Source of the DNA: Verrucomicrobiia bacterium
Lineage (GTDB): Bacteria > Verrucomicrobiota > Verrucomicrobiia > Limisphaerales > UBA1319
NCBI GenBank assembly: GCA_963664225.1
Contig: OY760937.1
Location: 4,640,001-4,704,000 of the forward strand
Length of the DNA: 64,000 nucleotides
Reading direction: 5' to 3'
Position numbers and translations under genes: made by a program. The notes below the pieces were generated by a model. The model searched no databases, was not told where the DNA came from, and worked only from the letters and a program-made list of their open reading frames with translations. Below, piece after piece: positions 48,262-59,562 of this stretch; the first letter of the stretch is position 1, and each line of letters starts with the position of its first letter.

Positions 48262-51200
48262 TTAACGGTTTTTGGCCCGGTAAAAACGCATCTGCAGGCC
48301 GCCCGTCTGGTCATCCACGAAGTCGAATGAGCCAGCAGGTCCGGCTGTTGCCGTGCCAATCTTTGCCCATGACGACAGGTCCGGGGAGGCTTCGATGTCG
48401 TAGGCAATTCCCGGGACCCCAATGAAGTGAATGGTCGGCTTGCCGCTGGTTACGTTCAGGCCCTTGAGGTTCGCGACTTGCCCGGCATCATCGAATAACG
48501 CCAGGGAGTGATCCCCACCGGCCGCAATGGCTGTGACGCCACTCATCCAACTTGAGATTGTGGATTGGCCGGAGGCATTATTGCCCCATGCCACCACGGT
48601 GCCGCCGCTCTTCAAGGCGAGACTGTGATATTGACCCGCCGCGATGGATATAACTCCGGTTAAGCCGCTCGGAATGGTGCATTGGCCAGAGGTATTTGCC
48701 CCCCATGCGACGACCGTGCCGTCCTGTTTTAAGGCCAGACAATGATAGTCACCGGCTGCAATGGCGGTGACACCACTCAGCCCTTCGGGAACCGTGTGCT
48801 GGCCATACGTGTTGGCCCCCCAGGCAATGACCGTGCCGTCGCTCTTCAGAGCCAGACTGTGACCGTAACCCGCCGCGATGGCCACGACACTGGTCAAGCC
48901 ATTGGGCACCGTGCATTGACCGAAGGTGTTGCCGCCCCAGGCGACGACCGTGCCGTCATTTTTCAATGCAAGACTGTGACTGTAACCTGCTGCGACGGCC
49001 ACGACGCCGGTCAACCCGTCAGGCACCGTGGATTGGCCATAGATGTTCCAACCCCACGCGACGACTGCTCCATTATTTTTCAAGGCGAGGCTGTGACCAA
49101 AGCCTGCCGCGATGTTTGTGACACTGGTCAAGCCATTGGGCACCGTGCATTGACCGTAGGTGTTGGCTCCCCAGGCAAGGACAGTGCCATCAGCCTTTAG
49201 TCCGAGACCGTGTTGCGCACCCGCAGCCAATTTCACGAAATGATTCGTTTTTTCATTGGGTACGAAATCCGCCTCGGATCCCCAGTCCGATATGGCACCA
49301 GAGGCTGCCATGAAGCCGGCCACCAGCGTCCGGTTGGTTGACGCAACAAAACTGTAAATGGGATTGGCACTGACCGGCATGCCACCTTCAGTCCAATTGA
49401 TGAACCGGAATCCGACATCAGGCGTTGCGCTCAGAGTGACAGAGGAGCCGATTGCAAAAGACCCGCCCGATGTGACAACCCCTCCGTCGTTTGGAGAGGC
49501 GGTTGCGCTGATAGTGCAACCCGGCAGAAAATTAGCCACCAGCACGCGATTGGATGCACCCACAAAGCTGAAGTTGGGAGAACTGCTCACGGGAGTTCCA
49601 GCCTCGGTCCAATTGATGAACAAATACCCATCATTGGGCGCCGCATTGAGCGTGATATTCGCTCCGAGATCGAAGGCCCCGGCGCCAGTCACCGTGCCGC
49701 CAGTAGCCGGTGAAGCGCTGGCTTGAATGTTGCAACCGTGGACAAAGTTGGCCACGAGCGTGCGGTTGGTTGAGGCAACAAAGCGATAGGTTGGGGAGGT
49801 GCTTACGGGGATCCCGGCCTCAGTCCAATTCGAAAACCAATAGCCGCTGTTCACTGTGGCGACGAGTGTGACATTGATTCCGCTGAAATACGTTCCTGCA
49901 CCAGTAATACTACCACCCGCCTCTGGTGAAGATGTGGCCGTGATGAGTGCAGACGAGGAGGCATCTCCATACAGGGCCAGGCTCTGAGTACCACAAGCGG
50001 CAATGGCTGAGACCCGGCTTAAAACCTTAGGTGCTGTACTTTGCCCATAATTATTCCGTCCCCATCCTACGACCGTCCCGTCCTTCTTTAAAGCAAGGCT
50101 ATGAAATTCAGTTGCTGCAATGGCTACTACGTCGGTCAAACCGCCGGGCACATTGCACTCGCCATAGGAATTGTCTCCCCATGCGACGACCGTGCCGTCG
50201 TTCTTAAGGGCCAGGCTGTGATAACCACCTGCCACGACAGCTTTGACGCCGTTCAGACCAGCGGGGACTGAACATTGTCCAGAGCCGTTGCCTCCCCACG
50301 CGACAATCGTACCATCATCCTTTAAGGCCAGACTGTGTTTAAAACCACCCGAAATGGCCGTTACTCCTGTCAGCCCGCCTGGCACCGTGGCCTGACCATA
50401 ATTGACAGTTCCACCCACTGCACCCCATGCCACGACTGTGCCATCGTTTTTCAGGGCCATGCTATGAAACCGACCGGCTGAAATGGCCACCACCCCGCTC
50501 AATGCAGCAGGCACCTGGCTTACACCATAATCGGTCCCTCCCCATGTGACAATCGTGCCATCCCGTTTCAACGCCAGACTGTGGCCAAAACCCGTTGCGA
50601 TGGCCACTGCATCCGTCAACCCACTGGGCACATTGCATTCGCCAAATCCATTTTGGCCCCAGGCGACGACTGTGCCGTCGTTTTTCAAGGCAACACCAAA
50701 GCCGTTACCTGCGGCGATGGCTGTGGCTCCACTCAGGCCATTGGGTCCACTCTGCTGGTCCATCGAATTGTCACCCCACGCGATGAGCGTTCCATCGTTC
50801 TTTATGGCCAGGCTGTGGCTTGTACCTCCCGCGATGGAGGTCACACCTGTCAAGCCACCGGGAACCGTGCATTGGCCATGGTCGTCCAGTCCCCAAGCCA
50901 CGACTGTTCCATCGCTTTTCAGCGCCATGCCATGAAACCGACCGGCTGCAATGGCCACCACATTGCTCAAGCCACTGGGCACCGTGGTTTGGCCGTTGCC
51001 ATTGAATCCCCATGCGGCAACCGTGCCATCGTTCTTCAAGGCCAGGCTGTGGTAATAACCGGTCGCAATGGCCACCACACCGGTCAATCCGGCAGGCACG
51101 TTGCCATTAGAGTCATTCCAACCCCAGGTAACGACTGTTCCATCATTCTTGAGGGCAAGGGTGTGATCACGAGCGGCGGCGATGGCCGTTACACCGCTCA

Positions 51201-51675
51201 ATCCGGCGGGTATGTTAAGTGCTCCGTTGCCATTGTATGCCCATGCCACGACCGTTCCATCGAACTTCAAGGCCACGCTGTGGGAATCACCCGCAGCGAT
51301 GGCTTTCACTCCGGTCAAACTGGCGGGCACATTGCACTGGGATAGACTATTGTCCCCCCACGCAACGACTGTGCCGTCGTTTTTCAAGGCCAGGCCGTGG
51401 CCAGAGCCTGTGGCGATTTCTGTGATTCCTTTCAGTCCTTCAGGCACATAACATTGACCCAAGGAGTTGTCCCCCCACGCAGCGACCGTTCCGTCGCTCA
51501 TTAAAGAAAGGCTGAAATTTCCTGCGGATGCAATTTTTACGCAGGTGACCCCGTTGGAAACGATCGGGAAGCTGACCTGTGAACCCCAACCGGTGACATT
51601 GCCTGCAGAGACATGAGGAAGCAGGCACATGGATAGAAGGAGAATGACCAGACTTCGAATGAAACGAATTTTCAT
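48262..51675 (-). CDS. Large secreted RCC1/BLIP-II repeat protein with three InlB-B-like Ig repeats and a short C-terminal domain
   Basis: About 20 repeats of IAAG..HSLALK.DGTVVAWG.N..GQ..VP; 3x A....GY.F.NWTE.G......Y.F.....R.LVANF. Confidence 0.92.
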   Translation of the reverse strand: MKIRFIRSLVILLLSMCLLPHVSAGNVTGWGSQVSFPIVSNGVTCVKIASAGNFSLSLMSDGTVAAWGDNSLGQCYVPEGLKGITEIATGSGHGLALKNDGTVVAWGDNSLSQCNVPASLTGVKAIAAGDSHSVALKFDGTVVAWAYNGNGALNIPAGLSGVTAIAAARDHTLALKNDGTVVTWGWNDSNGNVPAGLTGVVAIATGYYHSLALKNDGTVAAWGFNGNGQTTVPSGLSNVVAIAAGRFHGMALKSDGTVVAWGLDDHGQCTVPGGLTGVTSIAGGTSHSLAIKNDGTLIAWGDNSMDQQSGPNGLSGATAIAAGNGFGVALKNDGTVVAWGQNGFGECNVPSGLTDAVAIATGFGHSLALKRDGTIVTWGGTDYGVSQVPAALSGVVAISAGRFHSMALKNDGTVVAWGAVGGTVNYGQATVPGGLTGVTAISGGFKHSLALKDDGTIVAWGGNGSGQCSVPAGLNGVKAVVAGGYHSLALKNDGTVVAWGDNSYGECNVPGGLTDVVAIAATEFHSLALKKDGTVVGWGRNNYGQSTAPKVLSRVSAIAACGTQSLALYGDASSSALITATSSPEAGGSITGAGTYFSGINVTLVATVNSGYWFSNWTEAGIPVSTSPTYRFVASTNRTLVANFVHGCNIQASASPATGGTVTGAGAFDLGANITLNAAPNDGYLFINWTEAGTPVSSSPNFSFVGASNRVLVANFLPGCTISATASPNDGGVVTSGGSFAIGSSVTLSATPDVGFRFINWTEGGMPVSANPIYSFVASTNRTLVAGFMAASGAISDWGSEADFVPNEKTNHFVKLAAGAQHGLGLKADGTVLAWGANTYGQCTVPNGLTSVTNIAAGFGHSLALKNNGAVVAWGWNIYGQSTVPDGLTGVVAVAAGYSHSLALKNDGTVVAWGGNTFGQCTVPNGLTSVVAIAAGYGHSLALKSDGTVIAWGANTYGQHTVPEGLSGVTAIAAGDYHCLALKQDGTVVAWGANTSGQCTIPSGLTGVISIAAGQYHSLALKSGGTVVAWGNNASGQSTISSWMSGVTAIAAGGDHSLALFDDAGQVANLKGLNVTSGKPTIHFIGVPGIAYDIEASPDLSSWAKIGTATAGPAGSFDFVDDQTGGLQMRFYRAKNR

Positions 51676-52064
51676 GTGGATCCTATAGGATAAAAAATTA
51701 ACCCAATTGATACTTTTGGCGTGCTGCCACGACTTGTGACCCGTCCCGATGAATTACTTTAACGTTTTATAGCATATCATTTCACAATGCAATCAAAAAA
51801 TGGAAATAAAGTGGACGAAACCGATATTCCGTTTATTGGTGAAGGTTTGATTTGGATGCTGAATTCCAATGCGAACTCCATCGTAAAAACGTCAGAATAA
51901 ATTGTGTATGAATAATATGCATTTGGCAAATCCCAGAGCGATGCTCGCGGCAGTCCCTCGAACAGTTGTCTGGCACGGTTGGAGCGCCTGATTTAAAGGC
52001 TGTCGTAGGTTTTGACAAGCGACCCGGAACACGCGCACGATAAGGCATGTTTACATCGGGGGAC

Positions 52065-52913
52065 ATGAAGGCCTGGCTGCGAATCGTCCTGTTACTGGGG
52101 CGGTTATCGAGTCTGCCGACGATTTGGTCGAATTGTCTGGCCGGCTGGGTGTTAAGCGGCGGGGGGCTGATCGAGAATTTTCTTGTTTTGGGGATGGGAA
52201 CATCCTGCCTCTACCTGGGGGGCATGTGCCTGAATCACGCCTGCGATGCGTCCGTGGATGCCATACACCGGCCTGAACGGCCGATTCCCTCGGGGATGGT
52301 CGCGGCGCAAACGGTGATATTGATGGCGGTGGTATGGTTCGCGGTGGGGGCGTTATTTCTGGTCACGCTGGGAAAAGTGTCCGCCATCCTTACGGTCTTA
52401 TTGCTGTGCATCATCATATTATATTATTTCACGCATAACACGCTTTCGTTCGCGCCGGTATTCATGGGGGTCTACCGGTTTCTGATTTACTTGCTTGCGG
52501 GTTCCGCAGCGGCTTCGGGAATCAGCGGTCTGACCATCTGGAGCGGATTTGCGATGGCGGCGTATGTGGGTGGGGTGAGCTATCTGGGTCGCAAAGACTT
52601 CGCACCGATGCGTCTCTCGTATTGGCCGTTTGTGTTTTTCGGTGTTCCGATTCTTCTGGCCTGGGTTGTGAATGGATCCGGCTACCGCTGGCAGGCGCTT
52701 TTTATGACGGTGCTATTGTGCGGTTGGACGGGCTGGTGCCTGCGTTACGCCTTGTGGGCGGCCCGGCGCAATGTCCGGCATGCGGTGGCGGGATTGCTGG
52801 CGGGAATCGTTCTTGTGGATTTTATGGCGATGGGATTTTCGGCCTATGGGTGGGTTTTTGCAATCTGGTTTGTGGCGGTGCTGATTTTGCAGCGTGTGGA
52901 CCCGGCCCGTTGA
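52065..52913 (+). CDS. UbiA prenyltransferase family protein (EboC-like) with degenerate acidic motifs
   Basis: R.S.LPT.WSN, GM.LN...D...D...RPERPIP, multi-TM. Confidence 0.85.
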   Translation: MKAWLRIVLLLGRLSSLPTIWSNCLAGWVLSGGGLIENFLVLGMGTSCLYLGGMCLNHACDASVDAIHRPERPIPSGMVAAQTVILMAVVWFAVGALFLVTLGKVSAILTVLLLCIIILYYFTHNTLSFAPVFMGVYRFLIYLLAGSAAASGISGLTIWSGFAMAAYVGGVSYLGRKDFAPMRLSYWPFVFFGVPILLAWVVNGSGYRWQALFMTVLLCGWTGWCLRYALWAARRNVRHAVAGLLAGIVLVDFMAMGFSAYGWVFAIWFVAVLILQRVDPAR

Positions 52914-53078
52914 TGGGGCGGATATTCCCGCTGGATGCAAGCTGGATGTCGGCTGGATTCAACTGGTTGTCCGCTGGGGGCTGCTTGTCCCAGGGGAACG
53001 GGAATAATTGAGGCTCCTCCAGTGCAAAAAAACGGACGACGGATTTCTCCGCCGTCCGCATGCAAGTCCTGAGAAGGT

Positions 53079-54428
53079 TTATTCCTTTGCGCCTTTGGGG
53101 CCGCTGCTGTCGTCGCCGGCCTGGCCCATCTTATCCATCAAGACCACCAGGGGCATGAACAGGGCGATGACGATGCTGCCGACGATGACGGCGAGACAGA
53201 CGATCATGACCGGCTCGAGCAGGGAGGTCATGGCGGCGACGGCGTTATCGACTTCCTCGTCGAAATTATCCGCGATTTTCATCAACATTTCAGGGAGAGC
53301 GCCGGTTTGCTCGCCGACGTCCACCATGCTGATGACCATGGGGGGAAAGATATTGGCGGCTTCAAGTGGGGCGGTGATGGTTTCACCTTCCTTGACGCTT
53401 TCATGAATGGCGGTGACGGCATTGCCGATGATGACGTTGCCGGAAGTTTCCTTGACGATGGTCAACGCCTGGAGAATGGGGACGCCGCTGCTGACCAGGG
53501 TGCCGAGGGTGCGCGTGAAGCGCGAGATGGCGACTTTGCTCACCACAGGTCCGATGCCGGGCACGACGAGTTTGAATTTATCGAACAAACGCCGCCCCAC
53601 CTTGGTTTTGGTGGTGAGCTTCAAGGCGATGAAGAAGGCCACAATGCACAGCAAGGTCTCGATGAAGTGGCTCTTGACCGTGCGGCTGATTCCCAAAACG
53701 AGGTTGGTAAAGGCGGGCAGAGCGGCGCCCTCGAGCATGTCTTTAAAGATTTCCTCGAACTTGGGCACGACGTAAACCATGAGCACGCCCATGATGACGG
53801 TGGCCACGACGAGCACCGCCACGGGGTAAAACATGGCGGCGACCACTTTGCCTTTGATCTTTTCGGCTTTTTCCATGAATTCGGACAAGCGGTTGAGCAC
53901 GACTTCAAGCACACCGCCCATTTCGCCCGCTTTCACCATGCTGACAAAGAGACGGTTAAAGATCTTGGGATGCTGCCCCAGGGCTTCAGAGAAAGTGCTG
54001 CCGCCTTCGACCGAGATGGCCAATTTGCCAATGACATCCTTGAGCACGGGATTGCGTTCCTGTTTTTCAAGAACCCGCAAACCGCGCAACAAGGGCAGAC
54101 CGGCATCCACCAGTGTGGCCAACTGGCGGGTGAATGTGGTCAGGACCTTTGTTTTGACGCGTCCGCCGATGAATGGGATCTTAATATTAAGATTGATCCC
54201 TTTTTTGGCGCCTTTGGCTCCCTTGGCGCCGGATTTGTCCCCTCCCTTGGGCGCTTTCTTATCGGCTGCCTTATCCTTGCCGCCGCCTTTGTCCGCCTCC
54301 GTCACTTTGGTCGGAAAATATCCCATCTCCTTGAGACGGGTGATCGCCTCGTTCTGATTGGAGACTTCCAAAGTTCCCTTGGTCTCCTTGCCGCGGGAAT
54401 CCATGGCCACATAACTGAACTTTGGCAT
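53079..54428 (-). CDS. pilC: Type IV pilus/T2SS platform protein
   Basis: FTRQLATL..AG, AGE.GG.L, GE.TG.L, LEP. Confidence 0.93.
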   Translation of the reverse strand: MPKFSYVAMDSRGKETKGTLEVSNQNEAITRLKEMGYFPTKVTEADKGGGKDKAADKKAPKGGDKSGAKGAKGAKKGINLNIKIPFIGGRVKTKVLTTFTRQLATLVDAGLPLLRGLRVLEKQERNPVLKDVIGKLAISVEGGSTFSEALGQHPKIFNRLFVSMVKAGEMGGVLEVVLNRLSEFMEKAEKIKGKVVAAMFYPVAVLVVATVIMGVLMVYVVPKFEEIFKDMLEGAALPAFTNLVLGISRTVKSHFIETLLCIVAFFIALKLTTKTKVGRRLFDKFKLVVPGIGPVVSKVAISRFTRTLGTLVSSGVPILQALTIVKETSGNVIIGNAVTAIHESVKEGETITAPLEAANIFPPMVISMVDVGEQTGALPEMLMKIADNFDEEVDNAVAAMTSLLEPVMIVCLAVIVGSIVIALFMPLVVLMDKMGQAGDDSSGPKGAKE

Positions 54429-54441
54429 AAAATTCTTTCTC

Positions 54442-56157
54442 TTAAGTGTATTTCAAGATCTCTTCGATGGTGGTGTCTCCATCGAAAATACTGCGCAAAC
54501 CGTCCTCCCGCAAGGTGATCATCCCCAGCTCGACGGCTTTTTGCCGCAACACGATTGTGGGGGCGCGCTCATTGATCATGTTGCGAATGACATCGGAGAC
54601 GATCAACAGTTCAAAAATTCCCTTGCGTCCTTTATAGCCCGTGTCGTTACAGAACGAACACCCGCGTCCGTAGAAGAACGATTTTTCCCCGATATCATGG
54701 GGGGAAAGATTGAGCAGCGACAATTGATGCTCCGTGGGTTCAAACGGGGTGCGGCATTTTTTGCAGGTTGTTCTAACCAGACGTTGTGCCAGCACGCCCA
54801 TCAAAGTGGAGGAAACCAGGAAGGGTTCCACGCCCATATCGATCAAACGGGTGACCGCGCCGGAGGCGTCGTTGGTGTGGAGGGTGCTTAACACCAAATG
54901 CCCTGTCAGCGAGGCCTGAATGGCGATCTGAGAGGTCTCCAAATCGCGCATTTCTCCGACCATGATGATGTCGGGGTCCTGGCGCAGGAAGGAGCGCAGG
55001 GCCTTGCCGAAGGTCATGCCGACGGATTCGTGAACGGCGACCTGCATGATGCCTTCGATGTCATATTCCACGGGGTCTTCCACTGTGAGAAGTTTGGCGT
55101 CGATGCTGTTGATTTTGCGCAGGCAGGCGTAAAGGGTTGTGGTTTTTCCGCAACCGGTCGGGCCGGTGACGATCAGAATGCCATTGGGCTGTTGGATGGC
55201 CTCAACGACGTAGTCATTGACGGTTTTCGGCAAACCGAGCGTTTCAAGATCGAGGTTGACCGAGTTGCGGTCGAGGACGCGGAGCACGACAGACTCGCCG
55301 AATTGGGTGGGCAGAGTGGATACGCGCAGGTCCACCTGGCGGCCGGAGAGGTTCATGGAAATGCGTCCGTCCTGAGGCAGGCGTCTTTCAGCAATGTCCA
55401 GGTTGGCCATGACCTTGATACGGGAGGTTACAGGCAGGGCCAGGTGTTTGGGGGGCGGGGCCATTTCATAAAGCGCACCGTCCACGCGGTAACGGATTTT
55501 GAATTCATCCTCGAAGGGTTCGAAGTGAATGTCACTGGCGCGGTCCTGGATGGCCTGGTAGAGGACCAGGTTTACAAATTTGACGACTGGCGTGTCGTTG
55601 GCCATGTCCTCAATGGCGATGTTGAGGCGGCCTTTCGAAGAGGCGGAGACCTCTTCGCCATCTTTTGAGGCATCGAAGTCCCCCCCCATGGCCTTGAGGA
55701 TGTCCGTGACGCTCTCGCCGCCTTCGGCGTAATATTTATTGACCGCCTGATCGATCTGGCTTGGATCGGCGATGACGACCTGAATTTCCTTGCCCAGGGT
55801 ATAGCCCAGTTCGTTGACCTGCTCGGGATTGAGCGGATCGGCCATGGCCAATTGGAGGGTGGAGTCGTGCAGGGCGACCGGCAGGCAGCGGTTCATGCGC
55901 GCGGTGGCGGCGGGCACGACTTTGAGGACGTCGGCCGGGATTTCGCGGTTGCGCAAATCGACGACTTCCGTTCCCAGATAGTCGGCCATGACCTGGAGGG
56001 TGCTTTCGGTATCGAGGATGCCGAGGTCCTTGAGCAATTCGATGATCGCTTTGCCGCCGCGGCCGTGCTCCTGGACGACTTCTTCGAGCTGCATGTCGTC
56101 CGCGAGACCGCGATCCCGAATCAGCGCCAGCAAAGGGAATGATGTGACATCTGCCAT
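54442..56157 (-). CDS. pilB: PilB/GspE assembly ATPase
   Basis: [31 protein letters not shown], Zn-binding Cys pairs. Confidence 0.92.
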   Translation of the reverse strand: MADVTSFPLLALIRDRGLADDMQLEEVVQEHGRGGKAIIELLKDLGILDTESTLQVMADYLGTEVVDLRNREIPADVLKVVPAATARMNRCLPVALHDSTLQLAMADPLNPEQVNELGYTLGKEIQVVIADPSQIDQAVNKYYAEGGESVTDILKAMGGDFDASKDGEEVSASSKGRLNIAIEDMANDTPVVKFVNLVLYQAIQDRASDIHFEPFEDEFKIRYRVDGALYEMAPPPKHLALPVTSRIKVMANLDIAERRLPQDGRISMNLSGRQVDLRVSTLPTQFGESVVLRVLDRNSVNLDLETLGLPKTVNDYVVEAIQQPNGILIVTGPTGCGKTTTLYACLRKINSIDAKLLTVEDPVEYDIEGIMQVAVHESVGMTFGKALRSFLRQDPDIIMVGEMRDLETSQIAIQASLTGHLVLSTLHTNDASGAVTRLIDMGVEPFLVSSTLMGVLAQRLVRTTCKKCRTPFEPTEHQLSLLNLSPHDIGEKSFFYGRGCSFCNDTGYKGRKGIFELLIVSDVIRNMINERAPTIVLRQKAVELGMITLREDGLRSIFDGDTTIEEILKYT

Positions 56158-56169
56158 ATAGTATCCAAC

Positions 56170-57255
56170 TTACGCCGCCCGGCCCGCTTCCATCTCCTGT
56201 AATTTCGCGATGGCGGAGGTGGGGTCCTGGGCTTTGGTGATGACTTCGTCCTGGGAAATAAGGCCCAATTGATATTTTTCGATCAGGAAACTGTCCAGAG
56301 TGACCATGCCGTATTTCGCGCCGGTCTGAATGTCCGAATTGATGCGGAAGGTTTTGTTGTCGCGAATGAGCGCGCCAACCGAGGGCGTGTTGATCATGAT
56401 TTCAAACACCGCGACACGGCCGGGTTTGTCGCAACGCGGGATGAGCAATTGCGAAATAACGGCCTGGAGGACGGTGGAGAGCTGGATGCGGATTTGCTCC
56501 TGCTGTGTAACCGGGAAGGCGTTCACAAGACGGTCGATGGTCTTGGCGGCGCCGGTGGTGTGCAGGGTGCCGAAGACCAAGTGGCCAGTTTCGGCGGCGG
56601 CGATGGCCGCTTCCATGGTTTCCAGGTCGCGCAACTCGCCGACGAGAATCACGTCGGGATCCTGACGGAGGGCGCGGCGCAGGGCCTCGGCGAAAGTGGG
56701 CACGTCCACATTGATTTCGCGCTGGGTGATCAGGGCCTTTTTGTGGTTGTGGTAATATTCGATGGGGTCTTCGATGGTGATGATGTGGGCGTCATCGCGT
56801 TCCTCGTTGATGATGTTAATCATCGAAGCCAGCGTGGTGGTCTTGCCCGAACCGGTCGGACCGGTGACCAGGACCAGACCCCTGGGTTTGTAGAGCAATT
56901 CCTTGACGTTGGGGGGCAGGCCGATCTGCTCCATGGTGAGCATTTTGGCCGGAATCTGGCGGGCGACCAGGGCAAAATGGCCCTTTTCCTTGAAGACGCT
57001 GACACGAAAGCGGGCGAGTTCGCCGAAGGCGAAGCCCAAGTCGGCGCCGCCCTTTTCACGGACTTGCTGGATGTGGTCTTCGGAGGTGACGCTGCGCATC
57101 AGTTCCTCGGTGTCCTCGGGCCGCAGGGAAGGGCCTTCGACACGGTGCAGCACGCCGTGAACGCGGATGACCGGGGGAACCCCCACCCGGAGGTGAAGAT
57201 CCGAAGCGCCTTCCTGAACGACCAACTGCAACAAATCAGACATTGAATATGACAT
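56170..57255 (-). CDS. pilT: Pilus retraction ATPase
   Basis: [38 protein letters not shown]. Confidence 0.95.
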   Translation of the reverse strand: MSYSMSDLLQLVVQEGASDLHLRVGVPPVIRVHGVLHRVEGPSLRPEDTEELMRSVTSEDHIQQVREKGGADLGFAFGELARFRVSVFKEKGHFALVARQIPAKMLTMEQIGLPPNVKELLYKPRGLVLVTGPTGSGKTTTLASMINIINEERDDAHIITIEDPIEYYHNHKKALITQREINVDVPTFAEALRRALRQDPDVILVGELRDLETMEAAIAAAETGHLVFGTLHTTGAAKTIDRLVNAFPVTQQEQIRIQLSTVLQAVISQLLIPRCDKPGRVAVFEIMINTPSVGALIRDNKTFRINSDIQTGAKYGMVTLDSFLIEKYQLGLISQDEVITKAQDPTSAIAKLQEMEAGRAA

Positions 57256-57343
57256 GGTAAAATCAATCTCCTGTAATAATTATACTGGTGGAATAATGGG
57301 TCTGACGATTTTCAATATTATCATTCGCATGCACGGAGGCGCC

Positions 57344-59056
57344 TCATTCCACTTCCCCAACTGTGGAGCGTATGACCTCTTCCGCGCTGGTGAGTCCGGC
57401 GATCACTTTGCGTGTGCCGTCCTCGCGCAGGGTGCGCATTCCCATTTCCCGGGCGCGGGCGCGCAGGACGTTGGATGTGACCTTGTCGTAAATGAGCTTG
57501 CGGGCCTCGTCGTCGATGACGAAAATTTCAAAGATACCGAAGCGCCCGCGATAGCCCGTGCTTTTGCAATTGCCGCAGCCCTTGCCGTGCTTGAAGGTGG
57601 CATTGGCGATATTGTTGGGATCGATGTTGAGCGCGCGCATTTCCGATTCGGTGGGCAAATGAGGGGCGCCACATTGTTTGCAAATTTTGCGCACCAACCG
57701 TTGGGCGATCAGGGCGCGGGTGGAGGAGGCGACCAAGAACGGTTTGACGCCGATGTCGATCAGACGGGTCACGGCGCTGGGGGCGTCGTTAGTGTGCAGG
57801 GTGGAAAACACCAAGTGACCGGTCAACGAGGCGTTGATGGCGATGGAGGCGGTTTCCAAGTCGCGAATTTCACCGACCATGATCACGTTCGGGGCCTGGC
57901 GCAGAATGGAACGCAGGGCGGCGGCGAATGTCAGGCCGACCGTTTCATTGACATGGACCTGGTTGATGCCGGACATGACATACTCAACCGGGTCTTCGAC
58001 GGTGATGATCTTGCGGTCGGGGCGGTTGATGTAGTTGAGCACGGCATAAAGGGTGGTCGTCTTGCCGGAACCGGTGGGGCCGGTGACTAGGAGGATGCCG
58101 TCGGGCAGGGCGATGAGCCGTTCGAAGGTTTGCTGATCGTCGGTAAAGAATCCCAATTCGGGCAAGCCCAGTTTGAGACCTTCCTTATCCAAAATACGCA
58201 TGACGATGCTTTCGCCATGGTTGGTGGGGAGGCAGGAAACGCGCAAGTCGATCGATTTGCCCGCCACCGTCATCTGAATACGTCCGTCCTGGGGAATCCG
58301 CCTTTCGGCAATGGACATGTTGGACTGGATCTTGAGACGGCTGATAATGGAGGCCTGCAGGCGCTTCGGCGGGCTTTTGATTTCGTGCAGCACGCCGTCA
58401 ATGCGGTAGCGAACACGGAACCGCTTTTCCAAGGGTTCGAGATGAATATCGGAGGCCCGTGCTTTGAAAGCTTCAACAATGATGGTGTTGACCAGTTTGA
58501 TGATCGGCGCGTCGGCATCGACTGTGGATCCGTCGTCTTCGCCGCCGGCGCTCCCAATTTCACCGATCTCGACTTCGCCTTCGGTGATGTCCTGGATCAT
58601 TTTGCCAACCGAGTCGTCCTTGGCGCCGCCGTAGTAGCGCTCGATGGCCGCATCGATCTCCTCCTCGGGCGCCACCTTGACTTCGATTTCCTGGTTGAGC
58701 AGGTGGTGAAGGCTGTCGATGGTGTCCAGATCCGCCGGGTCGCTCAATGCCACCGTGACGCTGCCGTTGTTCCGGTAGATGGGGATGACTTTATAGCGCT
58801 TGGCGATATGGCGGGGGATTGCGGAGATGACTTCGTCCGTGAGCCGGATTTCGTTTAAATCGACCACTTCCGCTCCAAATTGGGCGGCTTTGGCGCGGGT
58901 TACGTCGGCCGGTTTGATCAGGCTGCGGGCGAGCAATAAATCGACCACCCCCTGACCTGTCGAATCCGCTTCGGTTCGCATGGTGGCCACGTCCGTATTC
59001 GAGACGAGCCCCATATCGACCAGAAAATCTAACAAATAATCGTCTTTTGCTGCCAC
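57344..59056 (-). CDS. pilB: Second PilB/GspE assembly ATPase
   Basis: MshEN-like N-terminus, Walker A, LRQAP, Zn-binding Cys pairs; GTG start inferred. Confidence 0.9.
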   Translation of the reverse strand: MAAKDDYLLDFLVDMGLVSNTDVATMRTEADSTGQGVVDLLLARSLIKPADVTRAKAAQFGAEVVDLNEIRLTDEVISAIPRHIAKRYKVIPIYRNNGSVTVALSDPADLDTIDSLHHLLNQEIEVKVAPEEEIDAAIERYYGGAKDDSVGKMIQDITEGEVEIGEIGSAGGEDDGSTVDADAPIIKLVNTIIVEAFKARASDIHLEPLEKRFRVRYRIDGVLHEIKSPPKRLQASIISRLKIQSNMSIAERRIPQDGRIQMTVAGKSIDLRVSCLPTNHGESIVMRILDKEGLKLGLPELGFFTDDQQTFERLIALPDGILLVTGPTGSGKTTTLYAVLNYINRPDRKIITVEDPVEYVMSGINQVHVNETVGLTFAAALRSILRQAPNVIMVGEIRDLETASIAINASLTGHLVFSTLHTNDAPSAVTRLIDIGVKPFLVASSTRALIAQRLVRKICKQCGAPHLPTESEMRALNIDPNNIANATFKHGKGCGNCKSTGYRGRFGIFEIFVIDDEARKLIYDKVTSNVLRARAREMGMRTLREDGTRKVIAGLTSAEEVIRSTVGEVE

Positions 59057-59562
59057 AATTTTATCGTTCCCAATCCGGGAATCCGTCTTTGGGAGTGCGC
59101 CGAATCTTATCGGCCACTCTTTCAATGTCAACGCAACTGATTCACCAAAACTACAGCAGGAATGCGGCCAGATGTCAGGAGAATTGCAGTTATTGTGCAA
59201 ACTTCGCACAGCGGGGCTATTACGAATAAGGAAACCGTTGTTCCCAGTGTTGGATTAACCCGGGTCTTCATGGAAAAAACAGCGGACATCGCTCAGGTAA
59301 GGAAAGCAGAAGGGACGGTCCAAGACTCATGAATGGCAATCTTTTATATAATGTAAGTTTCTAATGCATAACGATATGCAGAGCTGTTAATATAAGATTC
59401 AGGCTCCGGTATCGATTTAACCCGAATGGATTGAGGGCAGTGTGTTTGAAAGAAAAAAGCATTTATGGTCGCATTCCTTGAAAATTCTGTTGCCAGTAAA
59501 CGCCTAAAGCTTTAGTGCTTAGGGCCACACGATACTCAAAAACAATTAAACCAAACACATTT

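Noticed and set aside
48262..51675. DGR target or template-like repeats in the RCC1 gene
   Set aside because: The near-duplicate segments are in-frame protein repeats with no evident adenine-specific variation, and no reverse transcriptase is present.
59340..59400. dif site or replication origin in the AT-rich gap
   Set aside because: No convincing XerC/XerD arms or DnaA-box cluster; consistent with a divergent promoter region.
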